Part shown: piece by piece, positions 22,893 through 33,855 of the stretch
Position numbering within the stretch: position 1 is the stretch's first letter
Layout: each line of letters begins with the position of its first letter
Source: Chiloscyllium plagiosum
Lineage: Eukaryota
Assembly: GCF_004010195.1 (NCBI RefSeq)
Contig: NC_057719.1
Location: 55,777,534 to 55,821,232, forward strand
Length of the DNA stretch: 43,699 nucleotides
Direction: 5' to 3'
Position numbers and translations under genes: made by a program
The notes under the pieces: model-generated
The model's database searches: none
Told to the model about the DNA's origin: nothing
The model's input: the letters and a program-made list of their open reading frames with translations, nothing else

Positions 22893-24729
22893 CTATAGCA
22901 ATACGCTAAACTGTTCTTATCAAGATGTGAAGCTTTTTAATAGCTGCTAACCACTGACACCAGTTTATTCATTACAAAGTCTGGTCAGGACCAATCACAT
23001 GATCTAGAGGATCTAGTAAAGGAAAGACTTTGTCCATCATTGGCTGAATTTGCTATGTGAGCTATATTGATCGAAACCTTTTGCTTTCCTGCCAGCAAAG
23101 ATCAGGTCCACACTCACTGGTGAACAACAGGCTTTATTGAAAATAACTCTACACAGGCAATGGCAAGAGAGGACCACTCTGAAACCCTATAAATACAGGT
23201 TCCAGTTCCTTGTGATCACTGGTAGAACTACAAGGGCATACAATGCAGTGCACAATGCTTGGTTACATCCCTACAAGAGAATCGCCTGTCCTATTGCTCT
23301 CTTGACTGTAGGGATACATGGTGATGATTTGAAGTGTATTACTAATATCAAATAAAACTTCTATTTCCACTTTTTCTATGAATATCGATTATGTTTTGAG
23401 ATTTAAATTTCATGATTATGCTCATATTTGTATGTGCATTATATAACAATGGCTATTATAATTAAGGGACTGATCATCTGTAGATAATGCAGTGCAACTT
23501 GGAACTGTGCCAGAGATGCGACAGGAAATTCTGGAGCCCTGAGAGTCGTATCTATTTAAATAATGGTGGCAGACATCCAAACTGTTTGGAGTGCATCTCA
23601 GGCATCTGCAAACAGCTCAAGGCTGTCAGACAGGAGCCTCTAAAAGATTATTTAAATGAGCTTAACGGCAGGCCTCTAACATCCTCAGCCTTGAGGTTCC
23701 TTCACCAGTAGGAGGGAAAATATTTCCTGTTGACATTGTAATTACCCTTATATAAAAAGTAAAGGACAATAATATACCTGACATTTAAGTGACAATGCTC
23801 AGATTCATTAAAATAAACCTTTGCACCTCAGAGCAACTTTAAACTGAGATTCTTTAAAGGCCACATCAGTCGTCAGCACTAAGTGAACACAAAAACTAGC
23901 CTAATACATAAAGTTCATCAATTGAGCCTTGAGCTACATTCAGCATGTGACATATTTTATACTATTACTGTGCAGAAACTGATACAGATCTTCCTTTCTC
24001 CTTTACTATTTTCCTCCACCTTAACACTCAGAGAGCCGAAGTCTTTTGCTCATACATAAGGAAAGTAGAATCAGGAAAGTTCTCAACTGGGCAGACAATG
24101 CCCTGAATCTTCAGATTTTCATTCGGGTAGCAGAGGGATGCTAACAGGACCCACTCTCCCAGAAACACTGTGAAGGCAACCACAGGGCTGTTGGCTGCCA
24201 AGTGGGAGGGTTGGTGCTGGTTAAAAGGCTCACCTCATGCTCTGGCATGTTATCCCAGTTACAATAAAAACAACATATCAACCCTTACCCCAGCACATTT
24301 CCCAAGCCTTATCCATATTAAGTCTTGTCACCCCTTGCCTCCTCTGGAGGCACCTCATACCTACACCCAACTCCATTCACCTGTACAGCCCATATGTCAA
24401 CTTAATACCAAATTGTCCCAATGCATCCCAATTATTATAGCCACAGGCCAATTTCATGTCAATTTAGTCTGAACCCATGACACACTCCACCCACAACCCT
24501 TTGGCTAGACTCCTCCCATGCCAACTCACCCAATATCCACCATAGGCAGATCTCGGTTGCCATGGTAAGTTGAAAAAAAATGAAGTTATCAGTTTTTATG
24601 GTAGTCTTCCCTTCATTTTAAAATAACACTCTCTTCAAGCATGTCGTTCATTATGAAAACATTTTCTTCAAGTACTTAATTCATGATAGAAACAAATGTT
24701 TGTAGATATAACCAAACATCAAAGACAAG

Positions 24730-24855
24730 TAAAATAAAACCACAAATTGTGGATGCTGGAAATCTGAAAAACACAGAAATTGTTGGACAATCTCGGAGGC
24801 ATCTGTGGAGAGCAAGCAGAGCTAAACATAGAGTCCAATTACCCTTCTTCAGGTC
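24730..24855 (-). mobile_element. Decayed Penelope-like pLTR and tail
   Basis: ATTGTGGATGCTGGAAATCTGAAAAACACAGAAATTGTTGG...GCATCTGTGGAGAG...CCCTTCTTCAGG, related to 28364-28601. Confidence 0.65.
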
Positions 24856-25644
24856 AAAGACAGCAAATCCTTTTATAATCACTTGGACCTACACAGACTT
24901 CCCACAGTGCTAATGATAGGTTGTAGAATTAATCAAATGGCACTGATCTTTCTGTCAAAAAATAGTGAAATGGGAATTTTTCTCCCAACACACCCATCCC
25001 AACCTACTTCCCCATTCACATTCACCTAGTCTCTCTCTGGACCATTCCGTCCTCCTCATATCCTGCTTCCCCTCACTCTCATTCGCACTTTCTTGACCCC
25101 ACTCGATAGCCTCTTTCTCCCCGCTCTGAGCTCCACCCCATACTTTGGCTATTAGCCCACTCCATGGCCTCATGGACCACTCCCAGCTGTTTTACCCGAC
25201 GTTCTGGGGCTCCCTCCACCACTGCTGCCTGGATTGTCAGTCTGCTCCTGCTGCCCTCCCATCCTCCTTTCCCCCAACACACCAAGTCCGTCCATTATCG
25301 TGGTTTTGGCACTCCTCCCCTGGTTTGAGTGTTTGATTGAACTTGAGAGGCTACGCAAGTAAGTGGCTGAGTGATTGAGGGGGAATAACTGATAGAGAGA
25401 GGGTGAGTGAATAAGAATGAGGATGGGGACTGAGTGACTGACTGACTGAATGACAGGAGGGGGCATGGTTGAGAATGCAGCTGGCTTGGTCTGATATTTG
25501 TCCTGGTGATTTTCTGCTGCCTGTTGTACAGCCAAAGTGGGGTCTCATCTCTTTGACTTTGCTTCATCTTCATCAATCATGTCCTGATGCTTCACATCCA
25601 GCAGTTTTCAGTAACACTGGGTGTTGTCAGTGTAGATTACTGAC

Positions 25645-25816
25645 CATAGTCGAAGAATGTGGTGCTGGAAAAGCACAACCGGAAGGGAACATCCGAGGAG
25701 CAGGTGAGTCGCATTTCGGGCATAAGCACTTCATCAGGAAAGCCTGAATGGCTGTGCTTTTCCAGCACCACAGTCTTCGACTCTGATCTCCAGCATCTGC
25801 AGTGCTCACTTTCTCC
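25645..25816 (+). mobile_element. PLE-derived fold-back insert with 12-bp TSD
   Basis: TAGATTACTGAC at 25633-25644 and 25817-25828. Inverted arms GTCGAAGA..TGTGGTGCTGGAAAAGCACA / TGTGCTTTTCCAGCACCACA..TCTTCGAC; 31-nt tail at 25786-25816. Confidence 0.9.
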
Positions 25817-25859
25817 TAGATTACTGACTAGCTCCTTATTGTCTCTGTCAGTGTAGAAA

Positions 25860-26150
25860 TGGCCAGATTATCTGCAGGTCTGGAAGGCTACTTGGCAACT
25901 GAGTAAACTTTACTGGATGCCATTATTCATGAACCTTTCTAATGATTGGCAATGGACAGATGGAATGGTAGTTGGCCAGATTAGATTTTTCCTGCTTTTG
26001 TGGACACGGCCTCCCTGGACAATTTTCCACAATGCTGGGTAGTTATCAGTATTGTAACTGTATTGATACAGCATGGCCAGGTACATGGCCAATTCTGAAG
26101 CTCATGTTTTCAATAATATTGATGGAATATTGTCTGAGTCCAGTGGGTAT
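25860..26150 (-). mobile_element. CR1-group LINE RT fragment
   Basis: ORF 25910-26092 LAMLYQYSYNTDNYPALWKIVQGGRVHK resembles L..LFQ.S...G.YP..WK.A.V.PVHK. Confidence 0.7.
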
Positions 26151-26184
26151 CCATTTTTTGATATCACATGCAGTGAATCAAATT

Positions 26185-26420
26185 CAGCCAGAGTGTGGTG
26201 AATCTGTGGAATTCATTGCCACAGAAGGCTATTGGAGGCCAGGCCATTAAGTACATTTAAGAATGAGATAGACAGGTTCTTGATTGCCAAGTGGATCAAA
26301 GGTTACAAGGAAAAAGCAGGAAAATGGGGATAACAAACCAATCAGCCATGATTGAATGGCGGAGCAGACTCAATGGGCTGAATGGCCAAATTTCTCCTCC
26401 TATGTCTTATGATTTTATGA
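26185..26420 (+). mobile_element. CR1 LINE 3' end
   Basis: CAGAGTGTGGTGAATCTGTGGAATTCATTGCCACAGAAGGC...TCAGCCATGATTGAATGGCGGAGCAGACTC...CCTATGTCTTATG. Confidence 0.85.
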
Positions 26421-26889
26421 TCTAAATTGCCTACGTGCAGCATCTTTGTTGCTGGAAACTTCAACTGATACATGTGCAGCTGCCTCCATGATATGAATGG
26501 GAATGTCCCTTTAATTTTATGAAAAATGAAGTGTGTTCTGTTAAAACATTATGATGTCTTCCTGACAGCAATTCTGGATGATGTGCCTGTTCAGGTTTTG
26601 AAGAAAGCCCAAAGAGAAGACAAACTCTATTCCCATTGTCTCAGATCCATGTAATTATTGTGGTAAAATATCAGCCTTCAATATTAGCCCCCCACCCTCT
26701 CCCCATCTTAGAACTAGGGGACACAGTCTGAGAACTAGGGCCAGACCATTCCAGCCAGATGTGCAACCTATCCATATGCTCTCTCTGATTAAAATAGAGG
26801 GTTCTGGATTCGAGGGTGAGAGTTCTTGAACTGGGTGTTCTGGTCCCCATTTTGGCTAAGGCACTGAGCCCTTGCAACTTCGTAAACAT

Positions 26890-27730
26890 TTAGACCAAAC
26901 ACTCTTCTTATCCCTTGGCAAGCACATCTACCACAACCACATTATTGACAGGGATATCCAACAGCAGATCGGCTGTGCCAGATCATACTTCCGTAAACTA
27001 TGACAGTAACTGTTTGACAATAAAAGCCTTCATAAGGCAACAATAGTCCCTAGCGTACAGAGCAGTTGTTATCACCATACTCCTGAACTGTAGTGAGACC
27101 TGGACTGAGTGTCAACAAGGCATAAGAGAACTAGAGAAATTCCAAGAGTACTACCTCCACAGCACTATTCAGGAGAGCCATCAAACAAGTGGTAGTGCCC
27201 TTGAAGTCAGCTCCACAAGCATTCAACACTAGTGCCATAAGAATGCAGAGCAGGCACAACAAAAATCATTGTTTATGGCACCAGCGAATAAATAACATTT
27301 ACCTTTATTAGAACAAGGTGCCTGACAGGCTTACAGCTACAGCACAGTTATATAATCTGCAAAACTCCCAGTACATATTTTACTGGTGGAAAATCCTTGG
27401 CTAATCCTTTTTTTTTGTAAATCCAGGCACATAGTCCAGGAGATGACAAAGAAAGTATTTCAAAGACAAATCAAATCTCTTGTGGATACATTTTCTTTAA
27501 TGACTAGGAGAAACTTGTTGTGAATTGATCAAAATAGCAAAAGCTTCTCAGGCTGCACCATGCTGAGTCACAACATCTAAATAATGAGACAGAGCAGCAG
27601 CAGCAGACAGGAAAGTAAAAGAAACAAATCCTTCATTCTGAATCCTACTATGTGCCCAAAAATCTGTCAATGAAGAATCAGTGTGCTCAGAAATGTGCAA
27701 ACCTGCATTTCATCTTCATTGAATCAAGAC
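26890..27730 (+). mobile_element. RTE-clade LINE remnant (RT C-terminus)
   Basis: Manual translation IDRDIQQQIGCARSYFRKL*...FDNKSLHKAT, then a frameshift, then YRAVVITILLNCSETWT...IRELEKFQEYYL (RTE pattern Y.A.V...LLY..ETWT). Confidence 0.75.
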
Positions 27731-28363
27731 TCAACCAACAATTACACAAAATTCTAAAATACATCAACAATAAAAAGTGGGAATGTGAATTCCAACTGGC
27801 ATAACCCTTATTCTTCTAACTGGAATATTCGAGCTGCAAGGTAATCATGTCCTTTGCTTTTTATGGTAATGAATTCAAGATTAATGCTTCAGCAGTCACG
27901 ATGTAGCTACCCAAAACAGATTTTGTTCAAGAATATGTAACTAGTGTCATACACATTCAAAAAAAACACAGGCTATATCACCAAGTTGATTTTATGCAGA
28001 GCATATATCAGGCAGTGTATCCAGAGAGACACTGTATTGGCTTTTATGGATTGTTAATGCAACAAGCACACAGCCAGATCTAACCATTCTATTTGTAGGT
28101 AGCTTGCTGATGTGGAAAGCAGAAAATCTGGCACAATGAGGTCCATTCAAAATCCAGGCTTAAGTTATCAAAGGGGAGATTTCTTTTCAAAGATGGTCAG
28201 CAAAGTCTGTGTTCCTGAAGCAACAGGAAGTACGGTTCTTTGAGTCTTTCGTGTAAATCACGTGAATTTACTCATGTAGCAATTAAGGAGTAGTATTAAG
28301 AACTTGGGTACAATGTGGGAAAGAATGTAATGGCCTCAGCACAGCAAAATATATAGCAATAAT

Positions 28364-28601
28364 AAAAACAGAAATTGCTGGAAAAGCTCAGCAGCATCTG
28401 TAGGGAGAAATCAGTGTTAACGTTTCAGGTCGAGTGAACCTTCCTCAGAACTGTTCTGTCCTCAGTTCTGAAAAAGGGTCAGTGGATCCGAAACATTAAC
28501 TGATTTCTCTCCACGGGTGCCACCAGACCTGCTGAGCTTTTCCAGCAATTTCTGTTTTTGTTTCTGATTTCCAATGTAAGCAGTTCAGTCATTTTTAATT
28601 G
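28364..28601 (+). mobile_element. PLE-derived fold-back insert (third family) with two opposed hammerhead cores
   Basis: Arms AAAAACAGAAATTGCTGGAAAAGCTCAGCAG / CTGCTGAGCTTTTCCAGCAATTTCTGTTTTT. Cores at 28416-28452 (-) and 28462-28503 (+). Flanks TATAGCAATAAT (28352-28363) and TATAGCACTAAT (28602-28613). Confidence 0.85.
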
Positions 28602-28959
28602 TATAGCACTAATGATGTATCATGATGTAATGATGCTGTCAAGGTCACATGACTATGGAGCAATAGTTGCAAGAAGGCAGAATGTCTACCAGAGCCTAAG
28701 AGAATATGTAAATGTACAATGCTGGAAGTAAAGCATCTTCAAAAAGACCTTGCAACAACCATTAATTGGAGACTAAAGTTAATATTTAATCTATAATGTT
28801 CTTTCCTAATAAAAAGTACTACTAATCTCAGCACCATACATCTCACATTTATTCTTATGCATTGATTGATTGATTGATAGCCACCTTATGATATAATGAT
28901 CACTGTCCTCTAAGTGTTTGCTACTGATATTTGTTGCACTTGACCCACTTCATTCTCAA

Positions 28960-29400
28960 ACAACAAATCTACAAACAATGTTTCCTGTACAGCTTTGTAC
29001 TTTGTTCCTGTACAGTTTTCCCATTAGTTGGTGAACTATAAACTACACTGATCAATGTAACTGCATCTTTGTCTTAGTTCTAGCCAAACAGATTCCATCC
29101 ATGATCCCTCTCAGACATCCTTTCCCCAATACTGCAATGTGGTCCTTAGTCAATTTTGTCACTCTTCCTCATTTCCTTCCATTTCTATCGTTCAAGCAAT
29201 TTGAATGAATAGTGAACTGCAGCCAGTTTTCTTACCTCACATTTCTAGTCCACTTTGCCAAACTTTCCTTTTGATATTAGATGGCCAAACAAAGCTTATT
29301 GTAGTCCTCCTCCTAACTACAACATCTCTCTTTCGTTTTTGCTTTTGGTTGCCCTTTCTTTCAAGTGCAATAGAGGTTGAGAGCTTACCATTGTCTTAAT
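28960..29400 (-). mobile_element. Old CR1 ORF2 endonuclease remnant
   Basis: Minus strand reads EGSWMESVWLELR, similar to the ES.W.EL motif of CR1 APE domains. Confidence 0.5.
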
Positions 29401-29507
29401 GGTAATAGATGATACCAGAAGTCAGCACATAGTCCATAATCTCAAGATCATATAAATGTATCATACAAATGTTTGAGAAAGAACTTAAAAGATCTTTCTG
29501 CCACCGT

Positions 29508-29880
29508 GGGTGGCACGGTGGCAGTGGGTGGCACGGTGGCAGTGGGCGGCACGGTGGTGGTGGGCGGCACAGTGGCACAGTGGTTAGCACTGCTGCCTCA
29601 CAGCGCCAGAGACGCGGGTTCAATTCCCGCCTCAGGCGACTGACTGTGTGGAGTTTGCACGTTCTCCCCGTGTCTGCGTGGGTTTTCTCCAGGTGCTCCG
29701 GTTTCCTCCCACAGTCCAAAGATGTGCAGGTCAGGTGAATTGGCCATGCTAAATTGCTCATAGTGTTAGGTAAGGGGTAAATGTAGGGGTATGGGTGGGT
29801 TGCGCTTCGGCGGGTCGGTGTGGACTTGTTGGGCCGAAGGGCCTGTTTCCACACTGTAATGTAATCTAATCTAATCTAAT
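29508..29880 (+). mobile_element. HE1 / V-SINE, young, with a reiterated 18-bp 5' end
   Basis: CpG-rich intact body from 29562 and (CTAAT)n tail. Three extra 18-bp head units at 29508-29561; candidate TSD ATCTTTC at 29492-29498 and 29879-29885. Confidence 0.95.
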
Positions 29881-30202
29881 CTTTCACTTACATAACCCTA
29901 TTTACTATGCAGATTGTCCTAAAGTTCTTCACAACATGAAAGACTTTTGTACTGTACTTATTGTTGCAATGAGATGAAAATCACCAATTTTCATATAACA
30001 GTGATCTATAAACTGCAATGATTGGATAATCCAGTTTACCATTATCAATTGGAAGTTAAATAATGGCCATAATATTGTGAGACTTTCTCTTCTTTTTTTT
30101 CTGAATAATGATAATGGATCTTTGAAGTCCACCTGAAAGGACAGATGGAGTCTCAGTTTAACATCTTTTCTGAAACACAACACCTCTGACAATGTCACAC
30201 TT

Positions 30203-30437
30203 AGAGAGTCATAGAGATTAGTTTAGATTAGATTCCCTACAATATGGAAACAGGCCCTTCAGCCCAACAAGTCCATACCAACCCTCCGAAGAGTAACCCA
30301 CCCAGACCCATAGAGATGTACAACACAGACACAGATCCTTTGGTCCAACTCATCCTAGCCGACCAGATATCCTAACTTAATATAGTACCATTTGCCAGCA
30401 CTTGGCCCATGTCCATCTAAACTCTTCCTATTCATAT
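30203..30437 (-). mobile_element. CR1 3' tail fragment containing an HE1 3' fragment (30219-30308, minus)
   Basis: Reverse CR1 tail AGAGTCATAGAGAT. The HE1 piece TTAGATTAGATTCCCTACAATATGGAAACAGGCCCTTC... is flanked by CATAGAGAT at 30210-30218 and 30309-30317. Confidence 0.88.
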
Positions 30438-30438
30438 A

Positions 30439-30570
30439 GGCGAAAGTGGGTACTGCAGATGCTGGAGATTAGAGTCAAGATTAGAATGGTGCTGGAAAAG
30501 CATAGCAGGTCAGGCAGCATCCAAGGAGCAGGAAAATCGAGGTTTCAGGCAAAAGCCCTTCATCAGGAAT
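30439..30570 (-). mobile_element. Penelope-like pLTR plus tail with hammerhead core
   Basis: Minus strand reads ATTCCTGATGAAGGGCTTTTGCCTGAAACCTCGAT...CTCCAGCATCTGCAGTACCCACTTTCGCC. Confidence 0.85.
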
Positions 30571-30664
30571 CCTTCTTTAATACTGCTCTGAAAGTTCAGT
30601 AATCCAGTCAAATCTCTGGAACAAGACTTGAGCCTGTGAACTTGCAGTCATTCTTGTCATAATA

Positions 30665-31020
30665 GAAATTTTGGAAAAAGGAGCAGGAGTAAACTATTCA
30701 GCACTTAGCTCTTACTCCACCTTTCAATAAGTTTTTGGCTTATCTGGTTCTGGTCTCAAGTCCACTTTTCTGCCTTCACCTTATAGCCCTTGACTTCCTT
30801 GTCTATCAGAAATCTATTTAATTCAGTCTTGAATAAAAGTCATGACCCAGCCTCCACTTGCTTTTCAGCGAAGGGAATTCCAGTCTCGAACAATCTTTGC
30901 AGAAAAAAAAATTCTCCTCATGTCCATCTTAGAAGGGAACCCTCTACATCTTTAACTGTGTCTCCTCGAGCTTTAGTCTACTCCACAAGAGGAAACAATC
31001 TCTGGATATTTACCCTATAC
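30665..31020 (-). mobile_element. Old CR1 3' fragment
   Basis: GGAGCAGGAGTAAACTATTCAGC...CCCTTGACTTCCTTGTCTATCAGAAATCTAT...GGGAATTCCAG, the reverse of a CR1 3' end. Confidence 0.75.
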
Positions 31021-32117
31021 AGTCCACAGAAGCTGCCAGATGTACTGAGTTTCTCCATTCTCTGTGTTTGGTCATTTTCTTTATTCACCTGCTCACTCAA
31101 TTGCTCACAGCAAGATGAATTTAGGAAGGACCCTACCGCTGTGGATGCCTTTCTCCCAGTCTGAATGTGTTGAAGTTTTAAAGAAAGACAATTTAACCTG
31201 GCTTGAGTAAACAAAATATTGAGTTTATTAGTTACCAAACACAAAAAGATAATAATGCAGCATGCATACAAACAGATAATGAATAAAAAGTGAGTCCAAA
31301 AACTCTAAGAGAAAAGATATATGGAAAAATGGATCAGTCTCTCCCGGTCAATTGGAAGAAGAATAGATAATGAGGCATTGATATCTAGACAATTGATTTT
31401 GGGGTTCTTGGCTTTGTGGTTAGTTGATGGTCCTGTTTCTTTTGATGATGGCTAGCTGGCAGCACTCAGAACAAGAGAGTCCTTCTGTTGTCTTAATTCC
31501 TTTTGACTGGCTTCTAGCATTCAGAGTTCGAGAATACTTTTACCCAAAATGCAGGGGTGATTAGTTGGTTGGTTCGACCTACATAGTACACTGGCACCTA
31601 AACGCAATCTAGTTCCATGAAGCTCAGTTCACAAGCACACTTTTTTACATAATCTTCATTCTCCTGAGAGCATACACAGGTCAGGTTTACACCTGGTTTT
31701 ATACCCTATTTTTCATATATTTCTGGAAGGGCAAAACACAACATATCTGAAAGAAGTGGATATCTACTGATCAGGGTCTCCCTCATCATCTCTTCCTGTT
31801 ACTTTTTTTCTCTGTTTGTTTGAAATGTCCCAGACATTCCACGGATGAGACATTCCATGGGTTCCATCCGGGACTTTGCCACACAGCACTGAGTATACAT
31901 TTGTTCCTTTGTTTTTGCCTGCAGTTGTCTTCTTTTAAAAACCACATTATGGAATTAGAAGTTAAAAAATGTCCACAGGACACTGATTCAGATTTTTCTT
32001 GTTAATTGGCCTTGTCATCCCATTCACTAGAACATTGGTACCAGCCTGATTCAACTATTGTCTATCCCAGTGATGCAGATCCATTTTCCCCACTGCTGGT
32101 GCCAGTATAGTGCCAGG

Positions 32118-32838
32118 CCAGCACGGTGGCTCAGGGGTTAGCACTGCTGCCTCACAGCACTCGGGACGTCAGTTTGATTACAGCCTTGAGTCACTGTGTG
32201 GAGTTTGGCTGTTCTCCTCCTGTCTGCATGGTTTTGCACCGGGTGCTCTGCAGAATTTCCACATTCTGCAATCACAACACATCATGTTCTATTGTTTACA
32301 GATAATTTGCATAATTTAAAATAGTGGAGTGAGACAAAAGTCAATTGGAAGTAGTGCTGAGATTCAAACGCATGCAGCATATAACTGTTGGATCCAAGCC
32401 AGGAAATCATCCCACAGTCCCGAGCTGTGCAGGTTAGGTGGATTGGCCAAGTTACATTGCGGAGAAAGTGAGGTCTGCAGATGCTGGAGATCAGAGCTGA
32501 AAATGTGTTGCTGGAGAAGCGCAGCAGGTCAGGCAGCATCCAGGGAACAGGAGAATCGACGTTTCGGGCATAAGCCCTTCTTCAGGGCTTCTTCCTGAAG
32601 AAGGGCTTATGCCCGAAACGTCGATTCTCCTGTTCCCTGGATGCTGCCTGACCTGCTGCGCTTCTCCAGCAACACATTTTCAGCAAGTTACATTGCCCCA
32701 TGTTGTCCAGGAATGCGCTGGCTTGCTGAATTAGCCACGGTAAATACAGGGCTACCGAGATAGGTTAGTATCTTCGGAGGGTCAATGCTGACTCACTGGG
32801 CTGAATGGTCTCTTTTCACATTGTAGGGATTCTATGAT
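32118..32838 (+). mobile_element. Older V-SINE (HE1-related) carrying two internal insertions
   Basis: Head GCACGGTGGCTCAGGGGTTAGCACTGCTGCCTCACAGC. The V-domain runs to about 32250, resumes at 32410 (TCCCACAGTCC) and again at 32697, and ends GTAGGGATTCTATGAT. Confidence 0.85.
32461..32684 (-). mobile_element. PLE-derived perfect fold-back insert: 35-nt tail, 91-bp arm, 7-nt spacer, 91-bp inverted arm
   Basis: 32496-32586 and 32594-32684 are exact reverse complements, and each arm contains CTGAAGA-A-GGGC-TTAT-GCCC-GAAA-C-GTC. TSD CAAGTTACATTGC at 32448-32460 and 32684-32696. Confidence 0.95.
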
Positions 32839-32849
32839 CAGGTTCTATC

Positions 32850-33570
32850 CTATGAACTGAAACCCTTTTCTCCCACATGAATCTTTGAGCTGCTCAATCA
32901 TCTCTCTAATCTTATTTATCCTATGCAAATTTGCTTAGTTCGCAGGTAATAATCCAGAAATTATTACCTCTGAGGTATTTTTTTTACACTTAGCTGCTAG
33001 CTAAATGTTCGCTAAGCAGAACCTCCTTCCTGGTCTTATTTACATCACAAGGATCCACATTCCTCTTCAGCACAAAGCAGATGTTTTGAAACCGTGAATC
33101 AACACAGCCCTCTGAATTCTCACACTTGGTTACAGAGAACTGTTTCTATCCCCCTTTCACCTGTGACCTATACCTTATTTACTATCCAGCTAAAATGTCA
33201 TTTTGTGCCATGGTGCCAGGATCAATAAGCTCATCAATGCTGCAGTCCCTGGCTCTCAAGTTTAAAGGCCCTCAAGCCTGTTGAACAATTGCAAGGGTTG
33301 AAGCTTTTCTGGGACCCATTTTTGCCTCACATCCTTGTCTAATTTTTGACTTCAAATCAAATCAAAAGACCTCATTCGAAGAGGTGTGACTGTCTCCTGG
33401 TCCAAAATATCCAGGTAACCTTCCTGGGTGTGGTAATGTTTGCCACCTGATCTCCAGTATGTAAATTCTGAGCTAAAGCTCCTTAATTTGCAGTCATTTA
33501 CTGAAAACGCGTTTGCCCTGGATCACACTGACATCCACAAACGTCCACATTCTGCAATCACAACACATCA
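32850..33570 (-). mobile_element. Old CR1 ORF1 remnant (Cys-rich N-terminus plus esterase)
   Basis: Minus strand has MCCDCRMWTFVDVSVIQGKRV near 33510-33570 and TSEVIISGLLP near 32945-32980. Confidence 0.6.
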
Positions 33571-33855
33571 TGTTCTATTGTTAAAAGATAATTTTCATAA
33601 TTTAAAATAGTGTAGTGAGGTAAAAGTCAATTGGAAATAGTTCTGGAATCCAAAAGCATGCAGTATCTAACTGCTGTATCCAAGCCAGGAAATCAGCCAT
33701 TTCTTCTGTAAATGTCTGCTGTAATGATAATGACTGTAGCCAGTGCCATTTGTAAAGTACAGCATCCCGTATTCAAAGTCTTCTAAACAGCCATGTTGAT
33801 CTCTCTACATTACAGAATTAACAAAAGGCACGTTCAGCTTCTGGTGCGGAGTTGC

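Larger units (their letters stand above)
29920..30660 (-). mobile_element. DeuSINE-type (SacSINE1/AmnSINE1-like) element split by nested inserts at about 30203-30572
   Basis: GGATCTTTGAAGTCCACCTGAAAGGACAGATGGAGTCTCAGTTTAACATCTTTTCTGAAACACAACACCTCTGACAATG resembles the reverse Deu-domain. It resumes at about 30573 with TCTCTGGAACAAGACTTGAGCC (reverse B box). Confidence 0.7.

Noticed and set aside
29508..29570. Short regularly spaced repeats suggesting a CRISPR-like array
   Set aside because: The units are directly adjacent with no unique spacers, and the context is a eukaryotic SINE.
31030..32000. Possible solo LTR or coding exon (ORF 30978-31271)
   Set aside because: No clear TG...CA ends, TSD or recognisable protein similarity.
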